Origin: an uncultured bacterium
GTDB lineage: Bacteria > Acidobacteriota > HRBIN11 > JAKEFK01
Assembly: GCA_963777505.1 (NCBI GenBank)
Contig: CAVZQN010000004.1
Location: 576,001-640,000 of the forward strand
Length of the DNA stretch: 64,000 nt
Direction of reading: 5' to 3'
Shown: piece after piece, positions 38,446 through 47,085 of the stretch
Layout of the letters: each line of letters starts with the position of its first letter
Numbering within the stretch: the stretch's first letter is position 1
Program-made: the position numbers and the translations under genes
Notes under the pieces: generated by a model
Told to the model about the DNA's origin: nothing
Databases searched by the model: none
The model's input: the letters and a program-made list of their open reading frames with translations, nothing else

Positions 38446-39536
38446 GATTTCGATTTTTCTCCAAAACAATATACGAGTCCGTCTTTGGATCCGATCACGA
38501 CTTTTCTCTCAGCGACAGCTGGAGAACCCAAAACTGCCGAACCCATATCGAATTTCCAGACTTCTTTTCCGGCGCTTGTCTCAAGAGCAAATAATTCGCC
38601 CGCTAAGTTCGCAAATAGAAGGCTTTGACCTGCAATCACAGGTGATGCATCGATTCTCGCTTTTGTGGGAAACTCCCAGAAAATTTTGCCAGACTGAGGA
38701 TCTAAGGCGCGCATGACTTTATCGCGTCCACCAACAGCAACAATTTTGTTTGTAACGGCAGCAGAAGAGTAATACGGAAACTTTTTTGAAGGATCTTCAA
38801 ACTGCCATGCAATTTTTTTCGCTGCCAGATCAATGGCCAAAATCTGATTCCCAAAAGTTCCTACGTATACTCGCCCATTTGCCAATGCAGGACTCGCAGC
38901 AACATAGGCACCCAGATCTACAAATCCAACTTCCTTGCCATCACTGATGCGGATCACACGTAATTTTCCATCGCAGCCAGCAACGATAACGTTTTCTCCT
39001 TGAATTGCAGGTGTTGCATGCACATACCCTGCGGTCTCAAGTTTCCAGAGCACAGTACCATCCTTCAATGACAAACAGTACAAATGATTGTCATACGACC
39101 CAAATAATACGCGATCACCGGCAAAGTTTGCCGAGGAAATAATTCCGGCATCAGCACGAAAATCCCATTTCTTTTTTCCCGAAGATGCTTCAACCGCGTG
39201 AAACACACCAAGCTCATCACCAAAGTAAACCGTGTCTTGATACACCGAGGGTGAGGATTTGATTTCATCACTTGCTTCGTATTTCCACTTTAACTTTCCG
39301 GATTTCAGATCGATTGCGTACAAAAACTTATCGAGCGAAGCAACATACACTATGCCCCCTGCGATTGCAGCGGTTGACTCAATTCCGCCTGTTTCGAGGG
39401 TCCAAAGTGGTTCCATTTGTTTCGGTAATTCTGTTGTTGCCACGCCTGTTAATTGTGGATTGCCTCGAAATAAAGTCCAATCAGCATGGGCTGAACGGGC
39501 CGTCAGCAATATCAAGAGGCTAATAAGAAGCTTCAT
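38442..39536 (-). CDS. Exported PQQ/BamB-like beta-propeller protein (one of five)
   Basis: Signal peptide, DWTLFRGNPQLTG, eight regular SSP..G.V..GS.D..L.A.D..SG...W repeats. Confidence 0.9.
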   Translation of the reverse strand: MKLLISLLILLTARSAHADWTLFRGNPQLTGVATTELPKQMEPLWTLETGGIESTAAIAGGIVYVASLDKFLYAIDLKSGKLKWKYEASDEIKSSPSVYQDTVYFGDELGVFHAVEASSGKKKWDFRADAGIISSANFAGDRVLFGSYDNHLYCLSLKDGTVLWKLETAGYVHATPAIQGENVIVAGCDGKLRVIRISDGKEVGFVDLGAYVAASPALANGRVYVGTFGNQILAIDLAAKKIAWQFEDPSKKFPYYSSAAVTNKIVAVGGRDKVMRALDPQSGKIFWEFPTKARIDASPVIAGQSLLFANLAGELFALETSAGKEVWKFDMGSAVLGSPAVAERKVVIGSKDGLVYCFGEKSKS

Positions 39537-40683
39537 ATAATTTCAAGAAATCAGATTCAGTTAAAGGTCTTGGGTTATATTTACCGGTCCATTGGTCCGC
39601 CGCATCGCGTGCCAGTTCCGGAAAATCCTGAGTATTGATTCCACACTGACGAAGATTTTGAGGCAACGTACCGGCTGTGCGAAGTTCTGAAATTCTTTCG
39701 CTTAAACGGACGCCTGGGGTGGTAGTGGAATTCTTAATACATGCAATTGTCAGAAGCTCTGCATAGGAAGTTTCCATAGTTTCTGCGTTAAACCGAACGA
39801 CCGCAGGGAGCATTAAACTGACGGCGATTCCGTGTTCAATTCCGAAATGTGATGTCAGCGGATTTGCACATGCATGTGCGGCGCCAAGCATAGAATGTTC
39901 AATTGCGATTCCTGCAAAATGGGAGCCGAGCAACATTTCTGCGCGTACTTCTATGTTTTGAGGTTCTTGGAGCACGCGTTCGTAATTCGATTCTAGAAGT
40001 TTCCATGCTTCCAGAGAAAACATTTTGGAAATAGGATTGCGCTTTGTAGTTACGAACGTTTCCACCGCGTGCGATATCGCATCAATTCCCGAGGTAGCAG
40101 TTACTTTTAGTGGAGCGCTTAGGGTCAATGAAGGATCAAGGATGATTGCGCGAAATCTTGCTTTTACATCCCCACAAGCCATCTTGCGGTTTGTTTTGTC
40201 TTGCGAAATTAAAGCATACGATTGTGCTTCACTTCCTGTGCCGGCGGTTGTTGGAATTCCGATTGAAGGTAACATTGGCTTTGTGGCGCGATTAAATCCC
40301 CAATAGTCTTCGATCGTGCCTCCGTTTGTCAGCAGAAAATTAATTCCTTTCGCTGTATCCATCGAACTCCCACCGCCTAAACCGATGATCAAATCAATTC
40401 CGCCTTTTTCGCGCGCGAAATGCGCACACCTTTCAACACTAGCAGCCGAAGGATTCTCTTCGACGCCATCAAACAGCACAAATTCAATGTTGTGTTCTTT
40501 CAAAGATTGAATGGCTAATTCAGCGATCCCAGCGGCACATATACCGGAATCAGTCACGATGAGAACTTTTGTCCCATCGAGTTCACGGATAAGTGTTCCG
40601 AGCTGCATGATCGCATTTGGACCAAAAATCACGCGCGAAGGAAATCCAAATTCAAACGTCCCATTGATCAGGCTTTGAAGCAT
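39520..40683 (-). CDS. Iron-containing alcohol dehydrogenase
   Basis: GGGSSMDTAK, PTTAGTGSE, DAISHAVE, HACAN...HG metal ligands. Confidence 0.93.
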   Translation of the reverse strand: MLQSLINGTFEFGFPSRVIFGPNAIMQLGTLIRELDGTKVLIVTDSGICAAGIAELAIQSLKEHNIEFVLFDGVEENPSAASVERCAHFAREKGGIDLIIGLGGGSSMDTAKGINFLLTNGGTIEDYWGFNRATKPMLPSIGIPTTAGTGSEAQSYALISQDKTNRKMACGDVKARFRAIILDPSLTLSAPLKVTATSGIDAISHAVETFVTTKRNPISKMFSLEAWKLLESNYERVLQEPQNIEVRAEMLLGSHFAGIAIEHSMLGAAHACANPLTSHFGIEHGIAVSLMLPAVVRFNAETMETSYAELLTIACIKNSTTTPGVRLSERISELRTAGTLPQNLRQCGINTQDFPELARDAADQWTGKYNPRPLTESDFLKLYEASY

Positions 40684-40688
40684 TCTTT

Positions 40689-42149
40689 TTAAACGTTCCG
40701 ACTTGCGCTTTCCGGTGAAAAAAGTGGTGCCAACTGTGATTGAAAAGCTCTTTGTTTATATAAATGTTCAAACAAATTGCCTTCATGTGGTTGGTTCCAC
40801 GAGATCCGGCTCGTCGGAATCACCCCTAAATTTAGGCGATCTATCTGTCGTGAAGCAAGTAAATTCCTTGTAAATTCAGGATCTTCAGTGATTGCAGTAG
40901 CGACAAGTGTTGGGCCTATGTGACTTAGGAGCTCATTTTGGGGTACTTCGACGACGGCAGCAAACGGAAACAAGAATTCGGACTTTGCGAGCGGATGTTC
41001 AGGATTGGTGCAAAAAATAGCAGTTGGAAGAAGATATGCGGCCCTTCCCAATTTCACAAGACGGCTTTGATTCCGGAATCGCATCGTTACATCTTCTGCC
41101 CCTTCGATTTCGAGCTGTTTATCGATCATTGCGGAGATTCGTTCGGCAATTTGAGGATTGCTAAAAGCAGCGATTGAAGCTTCGGGATCATTGGCAGCTC
41201 GGGCTTCAATTTTGGCAAACTTTTTCGCAAGGGCTTCTGCAATTTCGCGTCCATGCGATGGAACCCACACTGAAGATGCATTTAAACAGGATCTGCCTCC
41301 ATTTTCTGCAATAGAGGTTGCAATCACATCGATATATTTTTCCCAGTTTGAAGCAGCATCTTCGCCCAGGATTACTTTGCTCCAGCCGGGCCCATGAATC
41401 TGAACTTTCGGATCGTTCTGCCAGGCGCGAATCGATGAAGCATCACCAAAAAAGACGGAACGTCCGGTCCGCATCAGGATTTCGGAAGCGCCTGCATAGC
41501 TGGATGGATAAAATGAAAATGCTTGTGGAGGAATTCCGGCGGCGAAAAAAGCTTGAGCAATTCGGAAAGGAGTCCAGGGTTCTTGTCCGCCAGGTCGCAA
41601 CGCAAGCGGAACTTTAAATGGAATTGCAGGAATCCAGAGTGAATGAACTCCGGGAGAATTGTTGGGCAATATTGCGCCCATTATGTTTGTCTGACAAAAA
41701 AAACTAATCGCTCTCTGTTGCTGAGTACCGAAACCATGATCAAGAATGCTTAAATCCAGTCCGCGAGTTAATCCGCTGATTACTTCTTCCATGTTTTGAA
41801 GAACGAACTGGATCTTTTCTACATTGCGCCTACAAAGGATCTGCGGCATTCCTGTTGTTGATGAAATTTGCTGAATATACTCTTCAGGAGTTTGAGATCC
41901 TTCACCAAGAGGTAAAGTGCTCTCACCAAAATGAAGCGCTGCTTTTTTGCAAAGATCTAACAGATCACGAACTTTTAACTGTTCTAAGGCTCGTTTATAT
42001 TCCTCGGCACGATTTAAATCATGAGCGATCAACCCCGGATTTGCTTGACTGATGATTGCTACATTTTCGCCTGTTTCAAAATTTGTGAGAGTCGCTGTTT
42101 CAAGACTGTAATAAGGGTTGCCGGCTCGAAGGATTGGAATGTGAATCAT
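40689..42149 (-). CDS. Aldehyde-dehydrogenase-fold acyl reductase (GriD/EhpG/LuxC-like)
   Basis: LPNNSPGVH, catalytic Cys in NGGRSCLNAS, HGPGWSK in place of ELGGK, EFLFPF; starts at a TGATG overlap with the upstream gene. Confidence 0.8.
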   Translation of the reverse strand: MIHIPILRAGNPYYSLETATLTNFETGENVAIISQANPGLIAHDLNRAEEYKRALEQLKVRDLLDLCKKAALHFGESTLPLGEGSQTPEEYIQQISSTTGMPQILCRRNVEKIQFVLQNMEEVISGLTRGLDLSILDHGFGTQQQRAISFFCQTNIMGAILPNNSPGVHSLWIPAIPFKVPLALRPGGQEPWTPFRIAQAFFAAGIPPQAFSFYPSSYAGASEILMRTGRSVFFGDASSIRAWQNDPKVQIHGPGWSKVILGEDAASNWEKYIDVIATSIAENGGRSCLNASSVWVPSHGREIAEALAKKFAKIEARAANDPEASIAAFSNPQIAERISAMIDKQLEIEGAEDVTMRFRNQSRLVKLGRAAYLLPTAIFCTNPEHPLAKSEFLFPFAAVVEVPQNELLSHIGPTLVATAITEDPEFTRNLLASRQIDRLNLGVIPTSRISWNQPHEGNLFEHLYKQRAFQSQLAPLFSPESASRNV

Positions 42150-43210
42150 CAATACACTCCAACAACAACGGAATCTTGAAGCTTTGAGAAAAGGCGTAAA
42201 TTCCGAACGCCATCCCATGGATATAAGGGTGTAGGTTCTGCGCGTTCTCCTTCGTCACGTTCTGCAAAACGAGGCATGAAGAACTCGCGTGTCAACGTTG
42301 TTAATAAAACGCGTCCCGTTTGATTGTATTCAACAAGTGAATCCAGGTTGTCTGGATCTACGATTTCAAATACTGCTCTGGGGTTAGGCGGATAGTAGGT
42401 GATTGCATAATTATCTGCAGGATCAAATGGCTTATAACAAGCAAGCCCCATCAAAGTATTTCCGTACGTTGGGACGAAATCGATTCCGGGAACCAATTCC
42501 TCACGTGCAAATCTGTGGAATTGCTGATTCATTTCAGTTCCACCGCAAAAAATTCCCGTAATTCCATATTTAGGCAGTGAAACTTTTTCGCATAACGCTT
42601 CCAAAAGTTTCGGAGTTGTAAAAATGCAGCGGATATTTTCGTGAGCTTTCAGAATAATCAAGCCTTGTTCAATGACATGATTTTTATATTCCTGAAGTTC
42701 TTGATGCTTACCAGCCTTGATCAGCTTATTGACCCAGCGCGGATCAAGATCAACCATAAAAGCGATACCGCCGCGATGTTGCGCAAGATGTTCAATCGAT
42801 AATCGCAAACGTCTGGGTCCGGAAGGTCCGAGCATCAACCAATCGCTGCCAAATGGAAACGATTTATGAGAAAGTGTGTCGCTGAACATTTCATAATCGA
42901 TCTGGTAGTCGCGAATGTTAATCCTGCTTTTTGGAACACCGGTCGATCCGCCGGTTTCGAAAATCGAAACAGGTTCGTTTGAATAGGCTCGTGGAACCCA
43001 TCTTCGAACAGGTCCACCGCGAAGCCATTCATCTTCGAAATGTCCAAGTTTTTTGAGATCCTCATAATTATGGATCTCTTTACGCGGATCAAACTTCAGC
43101 TTCTTTGCGTATTCAATCCAAAAAGGTGTGCCAGTTTCCGGATCGAAATGCCATTGCACGATTTCACGGACATGCGAATCTAGTTTTTCTCGCGCTTCCT
43201 TGATCTTCAT
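42149..43210 (-). CDS. Short ANL-superfamily adenylating enzyme (GriC/EhpF-like)
   Basis: WHF.PETGTPFW N-terminus, P-loop ETGGSTGVPK, VDLDPRWV, GGT, YGNT, ERD; 353 aa without the usual C-terminal subdomain. Confidence 0.78.
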   Translation of the reverse strand: MKIKEAREKLDSHVREIVQWHFDPETGTPFWIEYAKKLKFDPRKEIHNYEDLKKLGHFEDEWLRGGPVRRWVPRAYSNEPVSIFETGGSTGVPKSRINIRDYQIDYEMFSDTLSHKSFPFGSDWLMLGPSGPRRLRLSIEHLAQHRGGIAFMVDLDPRWVNKLIKAGKHQELQEYKNHVIEQGLIILKAHENIRCIFTTPKLLEALCEKVSLPKYGITGIFCGGTEMNQQFHRFAREELVPGIDFVPTYGNTLMGLACYKPFDPADNYAITYYPPNPRAVFEIVDPDNLDSLVEYNQTGRVLLTTLTREFFMPRFAERDEGERAEPTPLYPWDGVRNLRLFSKLQDSVVVGVY

Positions 43211-43242
43211 CTTTGTGTCTTTGCGGTTGTGTTTTTTATCCC

Positions 43243-44679
43243 TTATTTCTTTCCAATTGCGTACAGGATTTCACGCGTAGCCACATACAACGTCCCATTA
43301 TGCGGGTGCGGTGTGGTGTAGACTGCGCCGCCCATATTAATTTCCGCAATGACTTCAAGTTTTTTGCCTGTTTTCAAAATTGCGACATCTCCATCTTCAT
43401 CACCGATATATATTTTTCCATCAGCGACCATTGGAGACGACCAGATTGCTGCAAATGCTTCGTATTTCCAGTATTCCTGGCCTGTTTTCAAATCAAGGCA
43501 ATAGACATTTCCGCTGAGATCAGCGGCGTATACGAGACCATCTTTAATTGCGACAGTTGAAAGGGTGCGATTAAAATTCTTGTCACCAAAATGCCAAACC
43601 TTTCCGGTCTCAGTAATGTCACCCTGCTTTGTTGCATCAATTGCATAAAGATGGCCTACACCTTCACCATGTTCAGGATCCTGACCAACGCCAATCAGTA
43701 CCTTGTTTTCAAATGCGACCGGTGCAGCAATGATGTAATTCCGAGTGCCGCTTCCACCTAGTTCCCACACTGCGTCTTTGGGATTTGCATCGAACTTCCA
43801 AATCGGCTTTCCTGTCGTAGGTTCAAATGCATAAACCCAGCCGTTTCCTCCGGCAAAGTAAACCTGTGGCTTACCATTTACAGTTCCATACGATGGAGTC
43901 GACCACTGTCCATGTAAAACATTTTCGCCAGGGGAAGCATCTTCCCAAACTAATTTGCCTGTTTTTTTATTGACTGCGATGAAGCTTGGAGCAACCGGTG
44001 ATGGAATATTAATGTGACCTTCATCTACTCCGTTTCCTGTAAGTGTGAAGACAAGGTCACCTGCGACAAGCGGAGAACTGGCTGCAAGATTATGTGGAAA
44101 CACATCCAATTCGTCGATCGTGTCATAGATCCAAACGATATCTGCATCAATTTCCGATTTGTCCGTTTCGCCTGTGAATGGACCGTCATTTTCGCCATCG
44201 CGAAATCCCTCGGTATCTACAGCCACAATCTCGGCGCGATTTGAAATGTAATAAAGCCGGTCTCCTTCAATCGCAGGAGTTGAACAAACTCCTTGCAATG
44301 GCCAATCGTTTACACGCCCTGCTGAAAGTTTTGGATGCGCACTTTGCCATAGAAATTTTCCATCGGCTGCATTAAATGCCATTACATTGCCGCGATCTCC
44401 CGTCAGTTTGGGATTTTTTAGCGCTTCATTGTTGGTGCCAACATACACTTTATCTCCGGCCGCAACAGGACCGCCGTACGTTTGTGAGCCGATTTTTGCA
44501 CTCCACTTTACGTTCTCACCGCTTTTAATATCCCACTTCACAGGCAATGCGGTTTCTGTAGAAACCATATTGCGCGCATTTGTAAATCCAAATGTTGCAA
44601 AATCTTTCGGATTGCTTGCGGCGAATGTAATCGCAGCAGCAATTGGAATCATGAGTAGTAATAGAATTTTGTATTTCAT
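43243..44679 (-). CDS. Exported PQQ/BamB-like beta-propeller protein with acidic loop (one of five)
   Basis: Signal peptide, GSQTYGGP, GVCSTP, DTEGFRDGENDG loop, HGQWSTP, GQDPEHGEG. Confidence 0.88.
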   Translation of the reverse strand: MKYKILLLLMIPIAAAITFAASNPKDFATFGFTNARNMVSTETALPVKWDIKSGENVKWSAKIGSQTYGGPVAAGDKVYVGTNNEALKNPKLTGDRGNVMAFNAADGKFLWQSAHPKLSAGRVNDWPLQGVCSTPAIEGDRLYYISNRAEIVAVDTEGFRDGENDGPFTGETDKSEIDADIVWIYDTIDELDVFPHNLAASSPLVAGDLVFTLTGNGVDEGHINIPSPVAPSFIAVNKKTGKLVWEDASPGENVLHGQWSTPSYGTVNGKPQVYFAGGNGWVYAFEPTTGKPIWKFDANPKDAVWELGGSGTRNYIIAAPVAFENKVLIGVGQDPEHGEGVGHLYAIDATKQGDITETGKVWHFGDKNFNRTLSTVAIKDGLVYAADLSGNVYCLDLKTGQEYWKYEAFAAIWSSPMVADGKIYIGDEDGDVAILKTGKKLEVIAEINMGGAVYTTPHPHNGTLYVATREILYAIGKK

Positions 44680-44694
44680 ATGTTGCTTAAGCCC

Positions 44695-46923
44695 CTATTT
44701 TGTCGATTTGGGAGTGACTTGAACATTATCAAAGTAAAGAACTGTTGTTGAATTTCCGTAGAGCCCTGGACTACCTTTTGTAATCGGAATCGGATCTTCT
44801 ACGACAATGCTCCATTGCTCCGGTTCCGGATCGGCTTTTGGCCAAACCTTACCTTTGATTTCAGCCTTATTCCCTGAATAATCGATCTGCATTTTCATCG
44901 TATACCAGGTATCCGGTTGCCATGCGAATTCTGCACTCTTAACAATTCTGAGTTCGGAAGCCCATGACCGAATTTGCAAACGCTGATGGCTTCCCATTAA
45001 ATCGAGAGTATAACCACTGTTAATCAGACCGATATCAGGAACGCGTCTCTTGTCTTTGGTTCCCATCACATCGGCCGAAATTACATAGTCCTTCATTGTA
45101 GAAGGTCCCATGTAAATATCGCCGCCTTGAATGCCGACAGCTGCAGGTGGTTTGGCAAGAACTTTATTGCCGCTCAAATCTTTCACTAAGAATTTCTTGC
45201 CTCCGGCACCGATCCAATAACCGGGACTGGAATCCACAGCGAATGTTTCGAAATCTTGCTTCAGAGGAAGCGGTGCAATGATTCGAATTCTTGCTTTTGC
45301 TTCAAGTTGACCAACTTTAGCGCTAATTGTTCCTGCTTGATTTCCCGCTGAAGCATCAGGTGTCATCTTCCCATTGGGATCGATTTGAACTTTCAATGGA
45401 GCCGTAGTCCATGTTCCGTTTGCTTCTTTAAGGAAGGCGCCATTCGCGTCAAATGTTCGGATCTTAAATGGAACTGTATCTGTAGTAGAAATCAAAACTT
45501 CTCCAGGAACGATCTGAATTGCTGCTGGAGCGGCGTTCGGATCAACCGCAGGTTCTTCGAGTTTTACCGGTTGTGGCGGTGTCACTGTGATTTTTTTCGA
45601 TTTATCACCCAGGCAAAACACACCTTCTTCAGTAGCGAAGTAAATTCGCCCATATGCGATCGCAGGGGAGCCATAAATTTCTGCATGACGTTCACCGACT
45701 CTTACTTGATCGCTATCGAGTTCCTTCGGCGCAGTATCACCGAGTTGAATGATCTTGAAGTGACCATTTACTTCGGTTACGTAGATTTTGCCATCAGCTA
45801 TAACTGGAGAGCCTTTTCCCACAGTTCCGATATTGTGCTTCCAGAGAAGTTTTCCAGATGTTGCATCCATCGTATAGATGTTTGCCGAATTATCGATCAC
45901 GTAGAGTTTTCCATTATCAACGGCAGGAGATGTGTAACCCACTTCCAAACGATCGTATCTCCAAAGTTCGCCTGTCTTTGTTATGTCGCCTTTGCCTGTT
46001 CCATCGATTGCGACAACACGTCCCATTGTTGCTTCATCTAGATTTTCTTCGCTATGCGATGCATACACACGAGTTCCATCAACAACGACCGATGAATTAA
46101 TTCCACGCTTACTGAGCTGAAAGCCCCAAACCTTTTCACCGGTTCGGACTTTCATCGCGTAAATACCTCCGTCTGCATTGCCGCCAATCAAAAGGCGTTG
46201 CCCATTAATCACAGCGACAACAGGAGTTGAGTAGACGTTGAAATCGTAAACGGCTCCGCCTGGAGTTGAAACCCAAACGACTTTGCCATCATTTTTGTCG
46301 AATGCATAAAAGCGGTGACGTGGAGGAGCATAGTCTCCCCATTCAACACTAACAAAACCTTGAATAACTAAATCACCATCCACAACAGGTGTATCGGTTC
46401 TCCCGCCATATCCTGAAACATGACCAAAGTCTTCAGTCAACGGATAAGACCATAAAATTTTTCCATCTTTGTTGTATCCAATGAGCATTCCGCCGACACC
46501 ATGCGCGTAGATATTTCCTGTTTCAGGATCTCCAACAAGGCTGGCCCAACCTACACGGTTGTACGGGACAGTGCTATGGTAAACGTGGAATTTGTGTTCC
46601 CATACAAGTTTGCCTGTTTCTGCATCAAAGCAAGCAACATGTTCTTGCATCAGCGGGCCACCACCTTTTGCATCAACACCGGTTCGGCCGATTACATAGA
46701 CACGGCCATTCATAACAATCGGAGTCGAACGCCCAACGAAATTTGATTTCCAAATCAGGTTGTCTCCTTGAGTTGACCAACTTGAAATCAAGTTCTTCTC
46801 AGAAGATGTACCGGTTTGATTTGGCCCACGCCAACTTGGCCAATCGGCTGCAAGTGCGGGCAATGCTGCCAGGATGATCAATACAATAAAGAGACGAGTA
46901 CGACGCATTTCATGATGTGCCAT
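44695..46923 (-). CDS. Exported PQQ/BamB-like beta-propeller with C-terminal Ig-like and lectin/ConA-like domains (one of five)
   Basis: Signal peptide, DWPSWRGP, propeller repeats; C-terminal WYTMKM...KGKVWP..DPEPEQW...GSPGLYG...FDNVQV beta-sandwich pattern. Confidence 0.85.
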   Translation of the reverse strand: MAHHEMRRTRLFIVLIILAALPALAADWPSWRGPNQTGTSSEKNLISSWSTQGDNLIWKSNFVGRSTPIVMNGRVYVIGRTGVDAKGGGPLMQEHVACFDAETGKLVWEHKFHVYHSTVPYNRVGWASLVGDPETGNIYAHGVGGMLIGYNKDGKILWSYPLTEDFGHVSGYGGRTDTPVVDGDLVIQGFVSVEWGDYAPPRHRFYAFDKNDGKVVWVSTPGGAVYDFNVYSTPVVAVINGQRLLIGGNADGGIYAMKVRTGEKVWGFQLSKRGINSSVVVDGTRVYASHSEENLDEATMGRVVAIDGTGKGDITKTGELWRYDRLEVGYTSPAVDNGKLYVIDNSANIYTMDATSGKLLWKHNIGTVGKGSPVIADGKIYVTEVNGHFKIIQLGDTAPKELDSDQVRVGERHAEIYGSPAIAYGRIYFATEEGVFCLGDKSKKITVTPPQPVKLEEPAVDPNAAPAAIQIVPGEVLISTTDTVPFKIRTFDANGAFLKEANGTWTTAPLKVQIDPNGKMTPDASAGNQAGTISAKVGQLEAKARIRIIAPLPLKQDFETFAVDSSPGYWIGAGGKKFLVKDLSGNKVLAKPPAAVGIQGGDIYMGPSTMKDYVISADVMGTKDKRRVPDIGLINSGYTLDLMGSHQRLQIRSWASELRIVKSAEFAWQPDTWYTMKMQIDYSGNKAEIKGKVWPKADPEPEQWSIVVEDPIPITKGSPGLYGNSTTVLYFDNVQVTPKSTK

Positions 46924-46951
46924 TCACTTCCTCGGGGTAATATTTGGATTT

Positions 46952-46969
46952 TCTACTACAACTGTAGTT
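46952..46969. promoter_or_regulatory. Putative BlaI/MecI/CopY-type operator, copy 2
   Basis: TCTACTACAACTGTAGTT, identical to 36934-36951, immediately downstream of the predicted -10 box. Confidence 0.72.
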
Positions 46970-46970
46970 T

Positions 46971-46999
46971 AAAATACTATTCTACGATGCCACAGTCAA
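46971..46999 (-). promoter_or_regulatory. Predicted sigma70-type promoter for the large cluster
   Basis: Minus strand TTGACT (46999-46994), 17-bp spacer, TATTTT (46976-46971). Confidence 0.55.
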
Positions 47000-47085
47000 C
47001 GAAGTTTCATCGAAAACTGGCATTGTTGAATTATACAGTCTAGTTGCGTAAGTCCAAGTTATGCAATGCAGTATACTAAACCGCA

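Noticed and set aside
39520-43210. Phenazine or lux (bioluminescence) operon
   Set aside because: No phzA-G or luxAB in the window; only the reductase-like pair is present.
45385-46041. Long antisense ORFs (e.g. 218 aa here, 381-887, 1304-1822, 23703-24152)
   Set aside because: They lie opposite well-supported genes and show no family motifs; treated as shadow ORFs.
28029-46923. PQQ-dependent dehydrogenases or PQQ biosynthesis
   Set aside because: The propellers lack quinoprotein ADH/GDH catalytic signatures; there is no pqqA-E, and the radical SAM enzyme has no SPASM domain.
22625-46923. RiPP precursor peptide for the radical SAM enzyme
   Set aside because: Intergenic gaps are short or filled by repeats and operators; the only small ORF (33147-33362) looks like an SSS partner protein.
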